64,000 bases of DNA from Nanobdellota archaeon. GTDB taxonomy: Archaea > Nanobdellota > Nanobdellia > Pacearchaeales > GW2011-AR1. The translations under genes and the position numbers were made by a program. Location: the NCBI GenBank assembly GCA_024654505.1, contig JANLHN010000007.1, forward strand, positions 2,205-66,204, given 5' to 3'. The notes under the pieces were generated by a model that was not told the origin of the DNA, did no database searches, and saw only the letters and a list, made by a program, of their open reading frames with translations. The first letter of the stretch is position 1; each line of letters begins with the position of its first letter. This document shows, piece after piece, positions 37,952 to 48,071 of the stretch.

Positions 37952-38896
37952 ATGCAAAACTATGAGTCGCTTATCGGGAAAATAGCAAAGTCTGCTGGGT
38001 TGAATATTGAAGAGATTGAGAGGAGGGTGGAAGCGAAAAAAGCGAAGCTTTCTGGATTGATTTCTAAAGAGGGTGCTGCCCAGATTATTGCTGCAGAATT
38101 GGGAGTTAGTTTTGAGGATCAGGACCTAAAAATTAGTGAGGTTGTACCTGGAATGAGAAAAGTAAATGTTGTTGCGAAGATTATAAATTTGTTCCCCGTT
38201 AGAGAATTTGAGAGGAATGGTCGAGCAGGGAAGGTTGTGAACCTTATTGTTGCGGATGATACAGGGAATACCAAGGTTGTTCTTTGGGATATAAATCACA
38301 TTGAGCTGATTGAAAGTGGGAAAGTCAAACAAGGCGATGTGATTGAGATTAAGAATGGTTCTGTAAGAGAAAATGAAATTCATCTATCGGGTTTTTCTGA
38401 ATTAAAAAAGAGTCTTGTCGCTATGAAAAACGTTAAAACCGAATTGGCTGTTTCTGAGATACCTCTCAATGAGGCAAGACAAGGACAAAATATTGGGGTT
38501 AGGGGGATAGTGGTCCAAATTTTTCAACCAAGGTTTTACTCCGTTTGCCCTGAGTGTAATAAGAAAGCGATTTTAGAAGGAGAGAAATACAAATGTATGG
38601 AACATGGAATTGTTGTTCCTAAGGAAAAAGCTATTTTGAATTTTGTTTTAGATGATGGAACAGAAACAATGAGGGTAGTAATGTTCTCTAACCAAATTAA
38701 TCTACTAATTCCTGAAGAAGATTTAAAAGATTTAGATAAGACTGCTATATTCAGAGATGATCTGATGGGAACGGAGATATACTTATCAGGGGCAGTAAAA
38801 AGAAATCAATTATTTAATAATCTTGAAATTGTCGCTTCTGGGGTTGAAAAGGTAAATGTTGAAAAATTGATTGTCAAATTAGAAAAAGAGACTTAA
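37952..38896 (+). CDS. rpa: Replication protein A (RPA)-like ssDNA-binding protein
   Basis: 314 aa. OB-fold regions ([37 protein letters not shown]) and a Zn finger [15 protein letters not shown]. Confidence 0.8.
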   Translation: MQNYESLIGKIAKSAGLNIEEIERRVEAKKAKLSGLISKEGAAQIIAAELGVSFEDQDLKISEVVPGMRKVNVVAKIINLFPVREFERNGRAGKVVNLIVADDTGNTKVVLWDINHIELIESGKVKQGDVIEIKNGSVRENEIHLSGFSELKKSLVAMKNVKTELAVSEIPLNEARQGQNIGVRGIVVQIFQPRFYSVCPECNKKAILEGEKYKCMEHGIVVPKEKAILNFVLDDGTETMRVVMFSNQINLLIPEEDLKDLDKTAIFRDDLMGTEIYLSGAVKRNQLFNNLEIVASGVEKVNVEKLIVKLEKET

Positions 38897-38898
38897 AT

Positions 38899-39516
38899 TT
38901 ATTTTAATCTAAATGTTGAAAGAATCTTAGGATATATGTCTCTTTTTTCTTCATCACTTATTTTTGAATACATTTTCTTAATTTTTTCATATTCTTTCCT
39001 TACTTCTTTATTCTCTAAAGAAGGAGTTAATTTCTCATTTAATGAATTAATTTCTCTTTCTAATTTTTCAAATGTCTTTGATTTATCTTTTCTTTCATAT
39101 TTTGGGAGGGGGGGTTTTTCAGTAATTTTCTCCCCACTGTTTTTTTTGTGCAATATCTCTCTTTCTTTAGACAATATTTTAATTATTTTAAGAGAGTAGT
39201 TTATTAATTTCTTGAATTCTTCTTCTGTTATCTTTTCCTTTGTTTTGTACTCTTTTTTTTGAATTTGGAGAATTAAGTCTATCAATGAAAGTTTAGTTTT
39301 TTTGTCAATTCTTTTTTGAGATATCTTGTCAGATAGTTCTTCTACAGTTAGACTTTCATCAAGTTTATACTTATTTTTTAAAAACGTCTTGATTATGTTA
39401 TTAAGCTCTACAACAGAGTTTTCATTGATTTTTTCATTTTTCAGTTTATTTATCTTTTTCACAGCGTTATAGAATAACACCTCTTTTTTCACCACCCTCT
39501 TTTTAAAGAACCACAT
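38899..39516 (-). CDS. Hypothetical K/E-rich protein
   Basis: 205 aa, strongly charged and helical. No motif recognised. Confidence 0.4.
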   Translation of the reverse strand: MWFFKKRVVKKEVLFYNAVKKINKLKNEKINENSVVELNNIIKTFLKNKYKLDESLTVEELSDKISQKRIDKKTKLSLIDLILQIQKKEYKTKEKITEEEFKKLINYSLKIIKILSKEREILHKKNSGEKITEKPPLPKYERKDKSKTFEKLEREINSLNEKLTPSLENKEVRKEYEKIKKMYSKISDEEKRDIYPKILSTFRLK

Positions 39517-39600
39517 GTATTATCGAGGGATTTTAATTATATAAATCTTTATTTTGGCAAAGTTTATATATTCTCTCTTATATTCTTTAATGAGGTGAAG

Positions 39601-40653
39601 ATGAGAAAGAAAAATTCTATTAGTCATTTGAAAAAGGTTGGAAATAAGAAGCACCACTCTGAAGAAGACAGGGTTTCAAGAAAGATTCAATTAGGGATTA
39701 ATCACTCAAATTATTTAGATGCAATCAAAAAAGAGGTTGCAAGAATTGTTGTTGGTCAGGATGTGATTGTAGAGTCTATTTTGAGAGGGATTATTGCAGA
39801 CGGACACGTCTTAATTGAGGGTGTTCCTGGAATTGCAAAAACATTACTAATTAGGGCAATTTCTTATACCGTAGGCTGTGAGTTTTCAAGGGTCCAATTT
39901 ACTGTAGACTTACTCCCAGCAGATATTACCGGTCTTACTACCTATACTCCCCAAAAAGGTTTTGAAACGATAAAAGGACCTATTTTTGCGAATTTTGTGA
40001 TTGCAGATGAAATTAACAGGGCTCCCCCAAAGACACAATCTGCCCTGTTAGAAGCTATGCAAGAGAAACAAGTTACTATTGGTAGGGAGACTTTCAAATT
40101 ACCTATTCCATTTTTTGTTATGGCGAATAATAACCCTCTAGAGAGTGCGGGAACGTATAAGCTCCCAGAAGCGCAAACAGACAGGTTTTTGTTTAAATTA
40201 AAAATGGGGTATCCTTCTATGGAGGAGGAAGAAAAGATTATAGACCAAAATATAACTATTCATAAATTTGAAGATTTTGGTTTAAAGAAGATTCTTTCAC
40301 CCGAGAAGATTCTTTCACTTCAGAAGGCTGCAAAAAATATCCATTCTAGTCTTCCTGTTAAAAAATATATTATTCAAATTGTTGATTGCACTAGAAATCC
40401 TCAAAAATATGGGCTAAAACATGGGAAATATATTGAGTTTGGTGGAAGTCCTAGGGCCAGTATCTCTTTACAAATTGCGGCTAAGGCAGATGCTATCTTA
40501 AGGGGCCAGGAAAGTATTACTCCTCAAAACGTCAAAAACATCGCTCATGATGTTTTGAGACATAGAATTTTGTTAAATTATGAGGGTCAGGCGGAAAATA
40601 TTGAGACTGATAAAATTATAGATGAGATTCTATCCATAGTGAAGGTGCCTTAA
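39601..40653 (+). CDS. MoxR-family AAA+ ATPase
   Basis: Walker A GVPGIAKT, Walker B VIADEINRAPPKTQSALLEAMQE. ATG at 39601 after GAGGTGA; the tracked start at 39595 is GTG. Confidence 0.9.
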   Translation: MRKKNSISHLKKVGNKKHHSEEDRVSRKIQLGINHSNYLDAIKKEVARIVVGQDVIVESILRGIIADGHVLIEGVPGIAKTLLIRAISYTVGCEFSRVQFTVDLLPADITGLTTYTPQKGFETIKGPIFANFVIADEINRAPPKTQSALLEAMQEKQVTIGRETFKLPIPFFVMANNNPLESAGTYKLPEAQTDRFLFKLKMGYPSMEEEEKIIDQNITIHKFEDFGLKKILSPEKILSLQKAAKNIHSSLPVKKYIIQIVDCTRNPQKYGLKHGKYIEFGGSPRASISLQIAAKADAILRGQESITPQNVKNIAHDVLRHRILLNYEGQAENIETDKIIDEILSIVKVP

Positions 40654-40654
40654 G

Positions 40655-41542
40655 ATGGCAAGACTGAAAATAGGTCCAGAATTTGCATTAAATAGGCTAG
40701 ACTTGGCAGTTAAGGGCTTGAGGGATACGGCCTTTCTTGGAGAATATAAAAGTGTTTTTAAGGGGGGAGGATTAGAGTTTTTGGGATATCGTAACTATAA
40801 CTCTTCTAGTGATGATGCTTCACGAATTGATTGGAAGGCAAGTAAGAGGGTAGGTAAGATGGTTGTTAAAGAATTTGAGGAAGAGAGAGATTCAGATGTA
40901 ATTTTTGTTGTAGACGCGTCTTCTCAGATGCTTATAGGTTCTACAAAAAAATTAAAGGCGGAGTATGTCGCAGAATTAGTTTCTGTTCTTAGCCAAAGTG
41001 TTTTGTCAGCAGGAGATTCCTTTGGATTATTATTATTTTCTAATAAAATTATAAAAAATGTTCTTCCTGAAAGGGGGAAGGTCCAATTTTTTAGGTTAAC
41101 TGATGAGCTTAGTGATGTTTCTAATTATGGAGGTTATAGTGATGTTGATATGGCTTTGGATTATGCTTTTAAGAATTTTCGTAGGGGTTCTCTGGTAGTC
41201 TTTATATCTGATTTTGTTTATGGAGTTAATAGTGAAAGACTTTTGAAACTAGCTGCTAAAAAATTTGATTTAATTTTGATGATGGTCCGAGACCCAAGGG
41301 ACATGACTCTTCCGAAAGGTTCTGGAGAGGTTCTTTTTGAAGACCCATTTTCTGGGGAAACACTCTTGGTTACTCCTAACGAGATTTGGAAAGAGTTTTC
41401 CCAAGTAGTTAGTGGAGATATTCATCATCTATCAAAAATATTAAAAAAGTATGGTTCTGATTTTTTGTTTTTAGACACGGAGAAACCATTTATCAAAGAG
41501 ATAATTAAATTTTTTAAAATTAGGGCTTCAAGATGGAGATAG
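40655..41542 (+). CDS. DUF58 (VWA-like) protein, MoxR partner
   Basis: Motif GEYKSVFKGGGLEFLGYRNY..DDASRIDWKASKR, then VFVVDASSQM. Classic position after moxR. Confidence 0.8.
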   Translation: MARLKIGPEFALNRLDLAVKGLRDTAFLGEYKSVFKGGGLEFLGYRNYNSSSDDASRIDWKASKRVGKMVVKEFEEERDSDVIFVVDASSQMLIGSTKKLKAEYVAELVSVLSQSVLSAGDSFGLLLFSNKIIKNVLPERGKVQFFRLTDELSDVSNYGGYSDVDMALDYAFKNFRRGSLVVFISDFVYGVNSERLLKLAAKKFDLILMMVRDPRDMTLPKGSGEVLFEDPFSGETLLVTPNEIWKEFSQVVSGDIHHLSKILKKYGSDFLFLDTEKPFIKEIIKFFKIRASRWR

Positions 41543-42471
41543 TATTTAGGAATTCGTTTTATCTCTGGTCTTTGGTAGTGGTTCCAATAATAATAATTGC
41601 ACATTTTCTTTCTTTAAGATATTCAAGACAGAGGGCAATTAAATTTGCCAATTTTGTTGCTTTGGCAAGAGTTTCTGAGAAGATTAGAATGACTTCTAAT
41701 TTTTCTGTTTTGTTTATGAGGGTTTTTGTTTTTATTGCAATAGTTTTTGCAATTGCTGGAACGACGCTTCATTATTCTGGTTCCCAAGTTGATGCGGATT
41801 ATGTTGTTGCAATTGATGCCAGTGCTAGTATGCTTGCAGAAGATTTTTTACCAAATAGGTTTGAGGCTGCAAAGGCGTCTGCTATTGGTTTTGTAGATAG
41901 TTTGCCTATTTATTCTTCTGTGGGAGTTATTAGTTTTTCTGGGACGAGCTATGTTAATCAACCCCTAACTATGGATAAAACTATTGTAAAATCTGCAATT
42001 GAAGGACAAGAAATTTTGGTTGCTGGGGGAACGTCTATTGGAGATGCGGTAATTACTTCTACAAATCTTCTTATGAATTCTAATAAACCTAAGGTTATTA
42101 TTCTTCTTACAGATGGGCGGTCTAATCTAGGCATTAGCACAAATGCAGCAATTGATTATGCTAGTAAAAATAGGGTGGTTATTAATGCAATAGGTATTGG
42201 GACTGAAGAGGGTTATTTTGTTGATATAGGGAATACAGATGTTTTGTTAGGAATTAATCTGGATGAACTTCAAAGCCTTGCAGATTATACTGGGGGGAAA
42301 GTTTATAGTCCTACTTCTGAAACAGATTTGGAGGCAGTTTACAAAGAGATTGCTCTTAGTGAGAAAACAAATGCTTCCCTTGACCTGACTTTTTTCTTAC
42401 TAATATTCATTTTATTTGTTTTGACTCTAGAATGGGTTTTGATTAATACAAGGTATAGGATAATTCCTTAG
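41533..42471 (+). CDS. Membrane-anchored von Willebrand factor A domain protein (BatA-like)
   Basis: N- and C-terminal TMs. MIDAS-like VVAIDASASM ... GGTSIGDA ... LLTDGRSN. Confidence 0.8.
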   Translation: MEIVFRNSFYLWSLVVVPIIIIAHFLSLRYSRQRAIKFANFVALARVSEKIRMTSNFSVLFMRVFVFIAIVFAIAGTTLHYSGSQVDADYVVAIDASASMLAEDFLPNRFEAAKASAIGFVDSLPIYSSVGVISFSGTSYVNQPLTMDKTIVKSAIEGQEILVAGGTSIGDAVITSTNLLMNSNKPKVIILLTDGRSNLGISTNAAIDYASKNRVVINAIGIGTEEGYFVDIGNTDVLLGINLDELQSLADYTGGKVYSPTSETDLEAVYKEIALSEKTNASLDLTFFLLIFILFVLTLEWVLINTRYRIIP

Positions 42472-42478
42472 GTGAAAC

Positions 42479-42949
42479 ATGTTGTTTAGAACCCACCTCG
42501 TTTTTTCTTTGGCCCTTTACTTCTTTTTAATTTGGATTTTGGAAGTGCCAAATAAATTATTATTCTTAATCTTTATTTTGTTTGCTACAATCTTTGTAGA
42601 TATTGATACTAAAAAAAGCAAATTTGGAAAGAAGTGGTTTTTTCGTCCCCTACAACTTTTTTTGAACCATAGAGGAATGGTTCATAGCATTTTTTTTGCA
42701 AGTCTTCTTTCACTAATCGTTGGCAGTTTTAATCTATGGGCTGGATTTGGGTTTTTTGTGGGCTATGTCTCTCATCTTTTTATAGATGGTTTGACTAAAA
42801 GTGGGGTTGCTTTTCTTTGGCCTTTAACTAAAAAAAAGTTTGGGTTTGGGATTAAGACTGGGGGGATTTTTGAGGAAGTAATATTTGTTTTATTACTCTT
42901 AGGGAATATTTTCCTCGTCGGTAAAGGTGTTTTTAATTACTTGTTTTGA
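42479..42949 (+). CDS. Membrane-bound metal-dependent hydrolase (YdjM/DUF457-like)
   Basis: 156 aa. THLVFS..., DIDT, HRGMVHS, SHLFIDGLTKSGV. Confidence 0.65.
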   Translation: MLFRTHLVFSLALYFFLIWILEVPNKLLFLIFILFATIFVDIDTKKSKFGKKWFFRPLQLFLNHRGMVHSIFFASLLSLIVGSFNLWAGFGFFVGYVSHLFIDGLTKSGVAFLWPLTKKKFGFGIKTGGIFEEVIFVLLLLGNIFLVGKGVFNYLF

Positions 42950-42962
42950 ATCATATAAATCC

Positions 42963-42970
42963 TTATAAAG
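42963..42970 (+). promoter_or_regulatory. TATA box for a leaderless radA transcript
   Basis: TTATAAAG lies about 25 nt upstream of the first ATG (42991) of radA. The tracked ORF start at 42946 is TTG. Confidence 0.45.
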
Positions 42971-42990
42971 GTGTCCCGGTTTTTGAGACT

Positions 42991-44004
42991 ATGGTCGAAG
43001 AGGAAGAAGAAAGTTTGGCAAAGGTCAAGAAAACTACTAAAAAATCTGATGAGAAAGAATCTCAATTAATTGATATTCCTGGTGTTGGTCCTGGAGCTGT
43101 TGCAAAGCTTGAGGCGGCAGGGATATACGATTTAATGGGTTTGGCTGTTTTGACTCCATCCAATCTGGCAGAGACTACTGGGATGAGCGAAGCGGTTTCT
43201 AGAAAGGCTATTCAGGCTGCGAGAAAGATGATGGATTTGGGTTTTAGAGATGGACTTCAACATGAGGAACAAAGAAAAGAGGTGGATTACATTACTACAG
43301 GTTGTAAAAATTTAGATAATCTTCTGGGTGGAAAAGGGATTCAGACGAAAGCGATAACTGAGGCTTTTGGAGCCTTTGGTTCTGGAAAGACTCAGCTTGC
43401 TTTGTCGTTGGCCATTAATGTTCAACTCCCTAAGGAGAAGGGTGGAGCTAATGGGAAGGCAGTTTACATAGATACTGAGGGAACATTTAGACCAGAGAGG
43501 ATTAGGCAGTTTGCAGAAGGTATAGGGGCAAATCCTGAGAAGGTTTTAAAAAATATTTTAGTTGCTCGAGCTTTTAATTCCGACCACCAGATGTTATTAT
43601 TGGAGAAGGTTTCGTCTATGATTAAGGATGGAGAACCAATAAAATTACTAATTATTGATTCTTTGACTGCACATTTTAGGGCAGAGTTTACTGGTCGTGG
43701 TCAGTTAGCAGATAGACAACAAAGACTAAACAGGTATCTTCATGATTTGATGAAGATTGCTGAACAAAATAATTTAGCAGTTTACGTGACTAATCAGGTG
43801 ATGTCAGATCCCGCACAATTATTTGGTGATCCCACAAAAGCAATTGGTGGAAATATCGTTGGACATGCATGTACCTATCGTATTTATCTCAGAAGGGGAA
43901 AGAAAGATTCTAGAATTGCTAAAATGATTGATAGTCCAGATTTGCCTGATGATGCGACAGCATTTATGATTGAAAAAGATGGTTTGAAGGATTTTGACGT
44001 CTAG
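42991..44004 (+). CDS. radA: RadA recombinase
   Basis: N-terminal HhH (IPGVGPGAVAKLEAAGIYDL), Walker A GAFGSGKTQ, Walker B LLIIDSL. Confidence 0.95.
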   Translation: MVEEEEESLAKVKKTTKKSDEKESQLIDIPGVGPGAVAKLEAAGIYDLMGLAVLTPSNLAETTGMSEAVSRKAIQAARKMMDLGFRDGLQHEEQRKEVDYITTGCKNLDNLLGGKGIQTKAITEAFGAFGSGKTQLALSLAINVQLPKEKGGANGKAVYIDTEGTFRPERIRQFAEGIGANPEKVLKNILVARAFNSDHQMLLLEKVSSMIKDGEPIKLLIIDSLTAHFRAEFTGRGQLADRQQRLNRYLHDLMKIAEQNNLAVYVTNQVMSDPAQLFGDPTKAIGGNIVGHACTYRIYLRRGKKDSRIAKMIDSPDLPDDATAFMIEKDGLKDFDV

Positions 44005-44035
44005 AAATATTTACATAACTCTATAATTTATTTAA

Positions 44036-44476
44036 CTAACAATTAAGGATTTCATTTTCGGTGCCTTCACATTCATTCGTGATTATAGATATGGAGTCTG
44101 GTTTTTCTGATAGGGGGATGTAGTAAATCTTTGAATCAGAAGTAGAGCCCACAAGCTCACAAGTTGAACATCCACTTCCACAACTATAACTGTCTGTATT
44201 ACCTTCCTTGCTTACCTGAAACTTTAGAGAAGCTATTGTTCCACTCTTTCTCACTACTTCTATCTCTATTTTTTTCGTTTCTTGGTTGTAACAGGCGTAC
44301 ATTCCAATTAAGGGATTTTCTGCCTGATTACTACAAGAAATTTCGGGGGATAAAAGTGGCTCGTCGACCATGCCTCTTAAAGGCATATATATTATTCCTG
44401 CCAAACTTACAGTTATAAGAATTAGTAACGATACCTCTACAACTGCAGAGATTGCTTTTTTATTTATTGTTTGCAT
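44036..44476 (-). CDS. Archaeal type IV pilin-like protein (pilin N-terminal domain)
   Basis: MQTINKKA/ISAVVEVSLLILITVSLAGIIY resembles the archaeal pilin N-terminal (DUF1628-type) motif. Cys-rich C-domain. Confidence 0.6.
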   Translation of the reverse strand: MQTINKKAISAVVEVSLLILITVSLAGIIYMPLRGMVDEPLLSPEISCSNQAENPLIGMYACYNQETKKIEIEVVRKSGTIASLKFQVSKEGNTDSYSCGSGCSTCELVGSTSDSKIYYIPLSEKPDSISIITNECEGTENEILNC

Positions 44477-45597
44477 GGTATATTGTCTATATCGGTTGGA
44501 CTCATTCCCAAACTCTCTTCTAAATTTATTTTTGCTAGGGTGGAATCTTCCTTTTTAATCTCTAAAGATTGGATTTCTTCTAGATTTGGATAGGTGGCTT
44601 TAATGTAGAATGGACGGTCTGTAATTAAAAAAGTCTCTCCACTGATTTCTTCCTCACCTTCTTCTTGAGAATCTGTAAACATGAGTTGTGGATTAAAATT
44701 CTTGGTAGATGTAGAACCACTCTTCAGTGTGACTTTATATTCAAATCCTTCAACTCCTCCGCTTCCTACACACCCCATTTGTGTGCTTGTGTCACTTATA
44801 GTCATTGTTCCATCTTTATGATATGTTCCTTCGATTAACAAATATTCCTCAGAGCAATCCTTTGTGTTTTCTATTACATTACCTGTTATTGGAGTATTTC
44901 TATTCAAGCCCATTCTTTCTCTTAAAAGATTTTCGTTGAATTCTCCGAAGCTTTCTGAAGAAAGTGTTCTCATTATGCCTGCATCTATTGACCTATAGTA
45001 ATCCTCTTCGGAGCAACCCTTTTTGCATTCATTATTGTATCCTTTAAATTCCTCACAACTGCTTGCACAGTTTTCTGAATTCTTTGGGATTTTCGCAGGA
45101 GTATATTCTTCAGCAAAATTTGCAAAAGAATGCGCAAATTCATGAGCGATAACTGTTAATTGGTGGTTAAGGTTAATACTTAAAACATCCATATATGCCG
45201 AGCTTCTTATTTTTTCGTCTTTATCTTCAATTACAACAATAAAATCGTTTGGACATATAGATGCTTTTTTTATTAAGTCTTTGTTGTAACAGAGGATGGC
45301 TACGTCTTCGTATAGTTCGCATTCTGGTTGATAGTTGTCTATATAATAAAAATTGAATTCGTTTTTATTTTCATTGAATGGGGAAATACTCATTAAAAAG
45401 TCTGAATATTTTTCTGCTTGTTTCTTGGTGGAGAAAAAGACAAGATTTATTCTGTTTTCCCCATTATAAGTTAAAGTATTACATTCTTTTTTTTCTTCAG
45501 GGCTTGGTTGTGGGTTGGAGAGATTCTTCATTAGTATGAAACTTGTTATGCCAAGAAGGACTATTATTACTATAGAGATTATTATCCATTTATCCAT
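44464..45597 (-). CDS. Secreted or anchored zinc metalloprotease, M64-like
   Basis: N-terminal TM (WIIISIVIIVLLGITSFILM). HEFAHSFANFAEEY matches the HExxHxxxxxxxEY signature of the M64 family as recalled. Confidence 0.6.
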   Translation of the reverse strand: MDKWIIISIVIIVLLGITSFILMKNLSNPQPSPEEKKECNTLTYNGENRINLVFFSTKKQAEKYSDFLMSISPFNENKNEFNFYYIDNYQPECELYEDVAILCYNKDLIKKASICPNDFIVVIEDKDEKIRSSAYMDVLSINLNHQLTVIAHEFAHSFANFAEEYTPAKIPKNSENCASSCEEFKGYNNECKKGCSEEDYYRSIDAGIMRTLSSESFGEFNENLLRERMGLNRNTPITGNVIENTKDCSEEYLLIEGTYHKDGTMTISDTSTQMGCVGSGGVEGFEYKVTLKSGSTSTKNFNPQLMFTDSQEEGEEEISGETFLITDRPFYIKATYPNLEEIQSLEIKKEDSTLAKINLEESLGMSPTDIDNIPCKQ

Positions 45598-45785
45598 GTT
45601 TTCCTTAATAATCCCTTATTTATAAGTTTTTATTGGTTTGGATTTCTGAACTTTTAGTTAGGAAGATATTTTTAAAAATAGTGAGGGTTTTTTTAAAAGT
45701 CAGATTTTAGTTCTAAAGAATAGAAATATATATATATATATATAACTTGGCTAAAATTTTTATGAATTTAGAAGGAGGTATTAAA

Positions 45786-46301
45786 ATGAATGATAAAAAG
45801 TTAGGTAATTTTTTATGGTTTGTTGTAGTAGTCCTAACATTAATGTTGGTATTACAAATTTTATCTTATTCTAAAATCTCTGACAGTGTTTTTTCTGATG
45901 TTAGATTAAGCCCTACAACTGCTGGAACAACTGTTGGAGGAACTGTAACAAGTTCAGCTACTGGACTTTCCTTGGGTGATGGGTATATCGGTGTAGTGTA
46001 TGTAGATGTTAATGGTGATGGAAAATCGGATTATAGCTTATATTTGAATTGTCCTCCAACAAATATTGATATTTGTAATCAAAAGTATGTTGATGGATCC
46101 ACGGTTAGTCTTAGTAATTTAAAATTAATTAATGGTTCAAATTACGCATACGAATCAACCGCTGACACAGTTAAAACGGTTTCCGCCGGCACTGAAAACA
46201 AGAAGGTAAACATAATGGGTGTTTGGGAACCTATGGAGTCTGGGGAATTTGACGGACAACCGGACGAACCATTTACAGGTGGACAGGGAACACTTCAATG
46301 A
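45786..46301 (+). CDS. Hypothetical N-terminally anchored surface protein
   Basis: ATG at 45786 preceded by GAAGGAGGT. MNDKKLGNFLWFVVVVLTLMLVLQIL. The tracked start at 45747 is TTG. Confidence 0.45.
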   Translation: MNDKKLGNFLWFVVVVLTLMLVLQILSYSKISDSVFSDVRLSPTTAGTTVGGTVTSSATGLSLGDGYIGVVYVDVNGDGKSDYSLYLNCPPTNIDICNQKYVDGSTVSLSNLKLINGSNYAYESTADTVKTVSAGTENKKVNIMGVWEPMESGEFDGQPDEPFTGGQGTLQ

Positions 46302-46389
46302 CAGTTCAATAAACAAAATTTTTTTATTTTTTAAATTAAACATTCTTTAATAAAGATAATTTTATTAATCTAGATTATTATTTTAGATT

Positions 46390-46998
46390 ATGTCAAATAA
46401 GACTTCTCCAGAATTCAACTTTTTGGAAGCCGCATTAGTTAAACGAACAGATTTGTTTAAGAATTGTACAAATATTGTTGTTGGGAAGGGGAATATTAAT
46501 GCAGGCATTTTGTTTGTTGGAGAGGCTCCTGGGAGGAATGAAGACGAGCAAGGGTTGCCTTTCGTAGGGGCTGCAGGTAAGAATTTGGACAAATTGTTGG
46601 AAACGGTGGGATTGAGTATGGAAGACATTTATGTTGCAAATATCTTAAAATGTAGGCCCCCAGAAAACAGGGACCCTCTGCCAGAAGAAATTAAAGCCCA
46701 TACACCTTGGTTGCTTAAACAAATTAAGGATATGAAACCAAAAGTTGTTTGTTCTCTGGGGAACTATGCAACAAAGTTTTTTTTGGCTTTGGGAGATGTT
46801 GATAAAATGAAAGACCAGTTAGGAATAACTTCTGTTCATGGGAAGGTTCGCGAGATTAAGATGGATGGTCTGAGTTTCAAATTGATTCCTTTATTTCATC
46901 CTGCAGCGATTATTTACAATCGGACGAAGTTGACTCCTCTTTGGGAAGCGGATATAGAGATTGTTAAAAAAGAAGTTGGGCAGAAAAGGCAATTTTAA
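46390..46998 (+). CDS. udg: Uracil-DNA glycosylase, family 4
   Basis: GEAPGRNEDEQGLPFVGAAGKNLD and HPAA motifs. Confidence 0.9.
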   Translation: MSNKTSPEFNFLEAALVKRTDLFKNCTNIVVGKGNINAGILFVGEAPGRNEDEQGLPFVGAAGKNLDKLLETVGLSMEDIYVANILKCRPPENRDPLPEEIKAHTPWLLKQIKDMKPKVVCSLGNYATKFFLALGDVDKMKDQLGITSVHGKVREIKMDGLSFKLIPLFHPAAIIYNRTKLTPLWEADIEIVKKEVGQKRQF

Positions 46999-47321
46999 TA
47001 TGTTTTATATCTTTCATCTATACGGGCTACATAAACAGGGGGTATACTTCCTCCAAACTGGTCCCCTGATATATCCACAATTCCTCCCTGAGGGGTAGTG
47101 TTCCACTCATGTGTACAAAATCCATTCTTTAGTCTAAATATTCCTCCCACTCTTCTTAAACCAAGCTCAATTTCGACAGCCTCTGCCATTTTTCTACAAA
47201 GACCTTTAGGAAAGGAAAGATTATTTGTATTATTTCTTTCAAATTCTTGTCTTATTTCCTCTAATCTTGCCCTTTCTTCAAGAGTTACTAATTCAATTGG
47301 TCCAGAGTCTTTGTTGTCCAT
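46995..47321 (-). CDS. Hypothetical protein
   Basis: 108 aa ATG ORF with no recognised motif. The plus-strand ORF 47098..47601 overlapping it looks like a shadow. Confidence 0.4.
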   Translation of the reverse strand: MDNKDSGPIELVTLEERARLEEIRQEFERNNTNNLSFPKGLCRKMAEAVEIELGLRRVGGIFRLKNGFCTHEWNTTPQGGIVDISGDQFGGSIPPVYVARIDERYKTY

Positions 47322-47366
47322 AAAAATTGATATTATATTGGCTTTAAAAAGATTGTCTAGAACAAA

Positions 47367-48071
47367 TTATTTCTCTTCAATTGCCGAAAATTCACAATCG
47401 TTTTCTTTTGCTCTTTTTCCTAATTTTTCTAAGATCTCCGTCATTTCTTTTTTTCCTTGTTTGAAATCGTCTACAGTTAGGTCTAGTTTAAACTTTCCCG
47501 CCGAGATGTACGTAATAGAAATGGCATTGTTATCAAAATCAAACACCTTTTTTATTTTCATTAAACCATCACTTTTTAGGCATTTTATATTGATTATTTG
47601 ATGGAGTTCTTGACTTCTTCTTTTTTTATTAGTTATCTTTTTTATTGCTTCTTGTTTTTCTTTTGGGATATATCTCCCTAAAACAGATTCGTCTTGTTTT
47701 GTTTTTTCTACAAACTCTGTTAAACTTTTGAAGTCTTGGAGAATTTTCCCCTTTGTTAATTCTTCTTTTTCTCCTAGAATTTGCTTAAAAGAAATATTAA
47801 ATGCTTGGTCTTGCTGGAATAATTGCATTATTTCTTTCTTTTCTTTTGAAGTAACTCTTCTTAAGGATAGGTGGACATTATCTCCAGAGATAGTCAAAAC
47901 CTTACAGACTATCTTTTTATTTGGGACAACGTATTGACGCATGAACTTAATTCTCCCTGGCGCGATTTCTGAAGAAATGATAGTGCCTGCCTTTCCATTT
48001 GGTAGTTCTACGAACGTAATTGTGTTCGTTACTTCCTTAACAGTGCATAATACGAGGTCTCCTTCCTTCAT
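47367..48071 (-). CDS. eif2a: Translation initiation factor aIF2 alpha subunit
   Basis: N-terminal S1 domain (EGDLVLCTVKEV...), a helical middle and a C-terminal alpha/beta domain (ISITYISAGKFKLDLTVDDFKQGKKEM). Lies downstream of the S27e gene, as in many archaea. Confidence 0.7.
   Translation of the reverse strand: MKEGDLVLCTVKEVTNTITFVELPNGKAGTIISSEIAPGRIKFMRQYVVPNKKIVCKVLTISGDNVHLSLRRVTSKEKKEIMQLFQQDQAFNISFKQILGEKEELTKGKILQDFKSLTEFVEKTKQDESVLGRYIPKEKQEAIKKITNKKRRSQELHQIINIKCLKSDGLMKIKKVFDFDNNAISITYISAGKFKLDLTVDDFKQGKKEMTEILEKLGKRAKENDCEFSAIEEK

Noticed and set aside
45726-45744. (AT)n dinucleotide run upstream of the 45786 gene
   Set aside because: It is probably just a TATA-rich promoter tract. 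It is about 9.5 units long and lies in non-coding DNA. It might modulate expression, but there is no evidence for that here.
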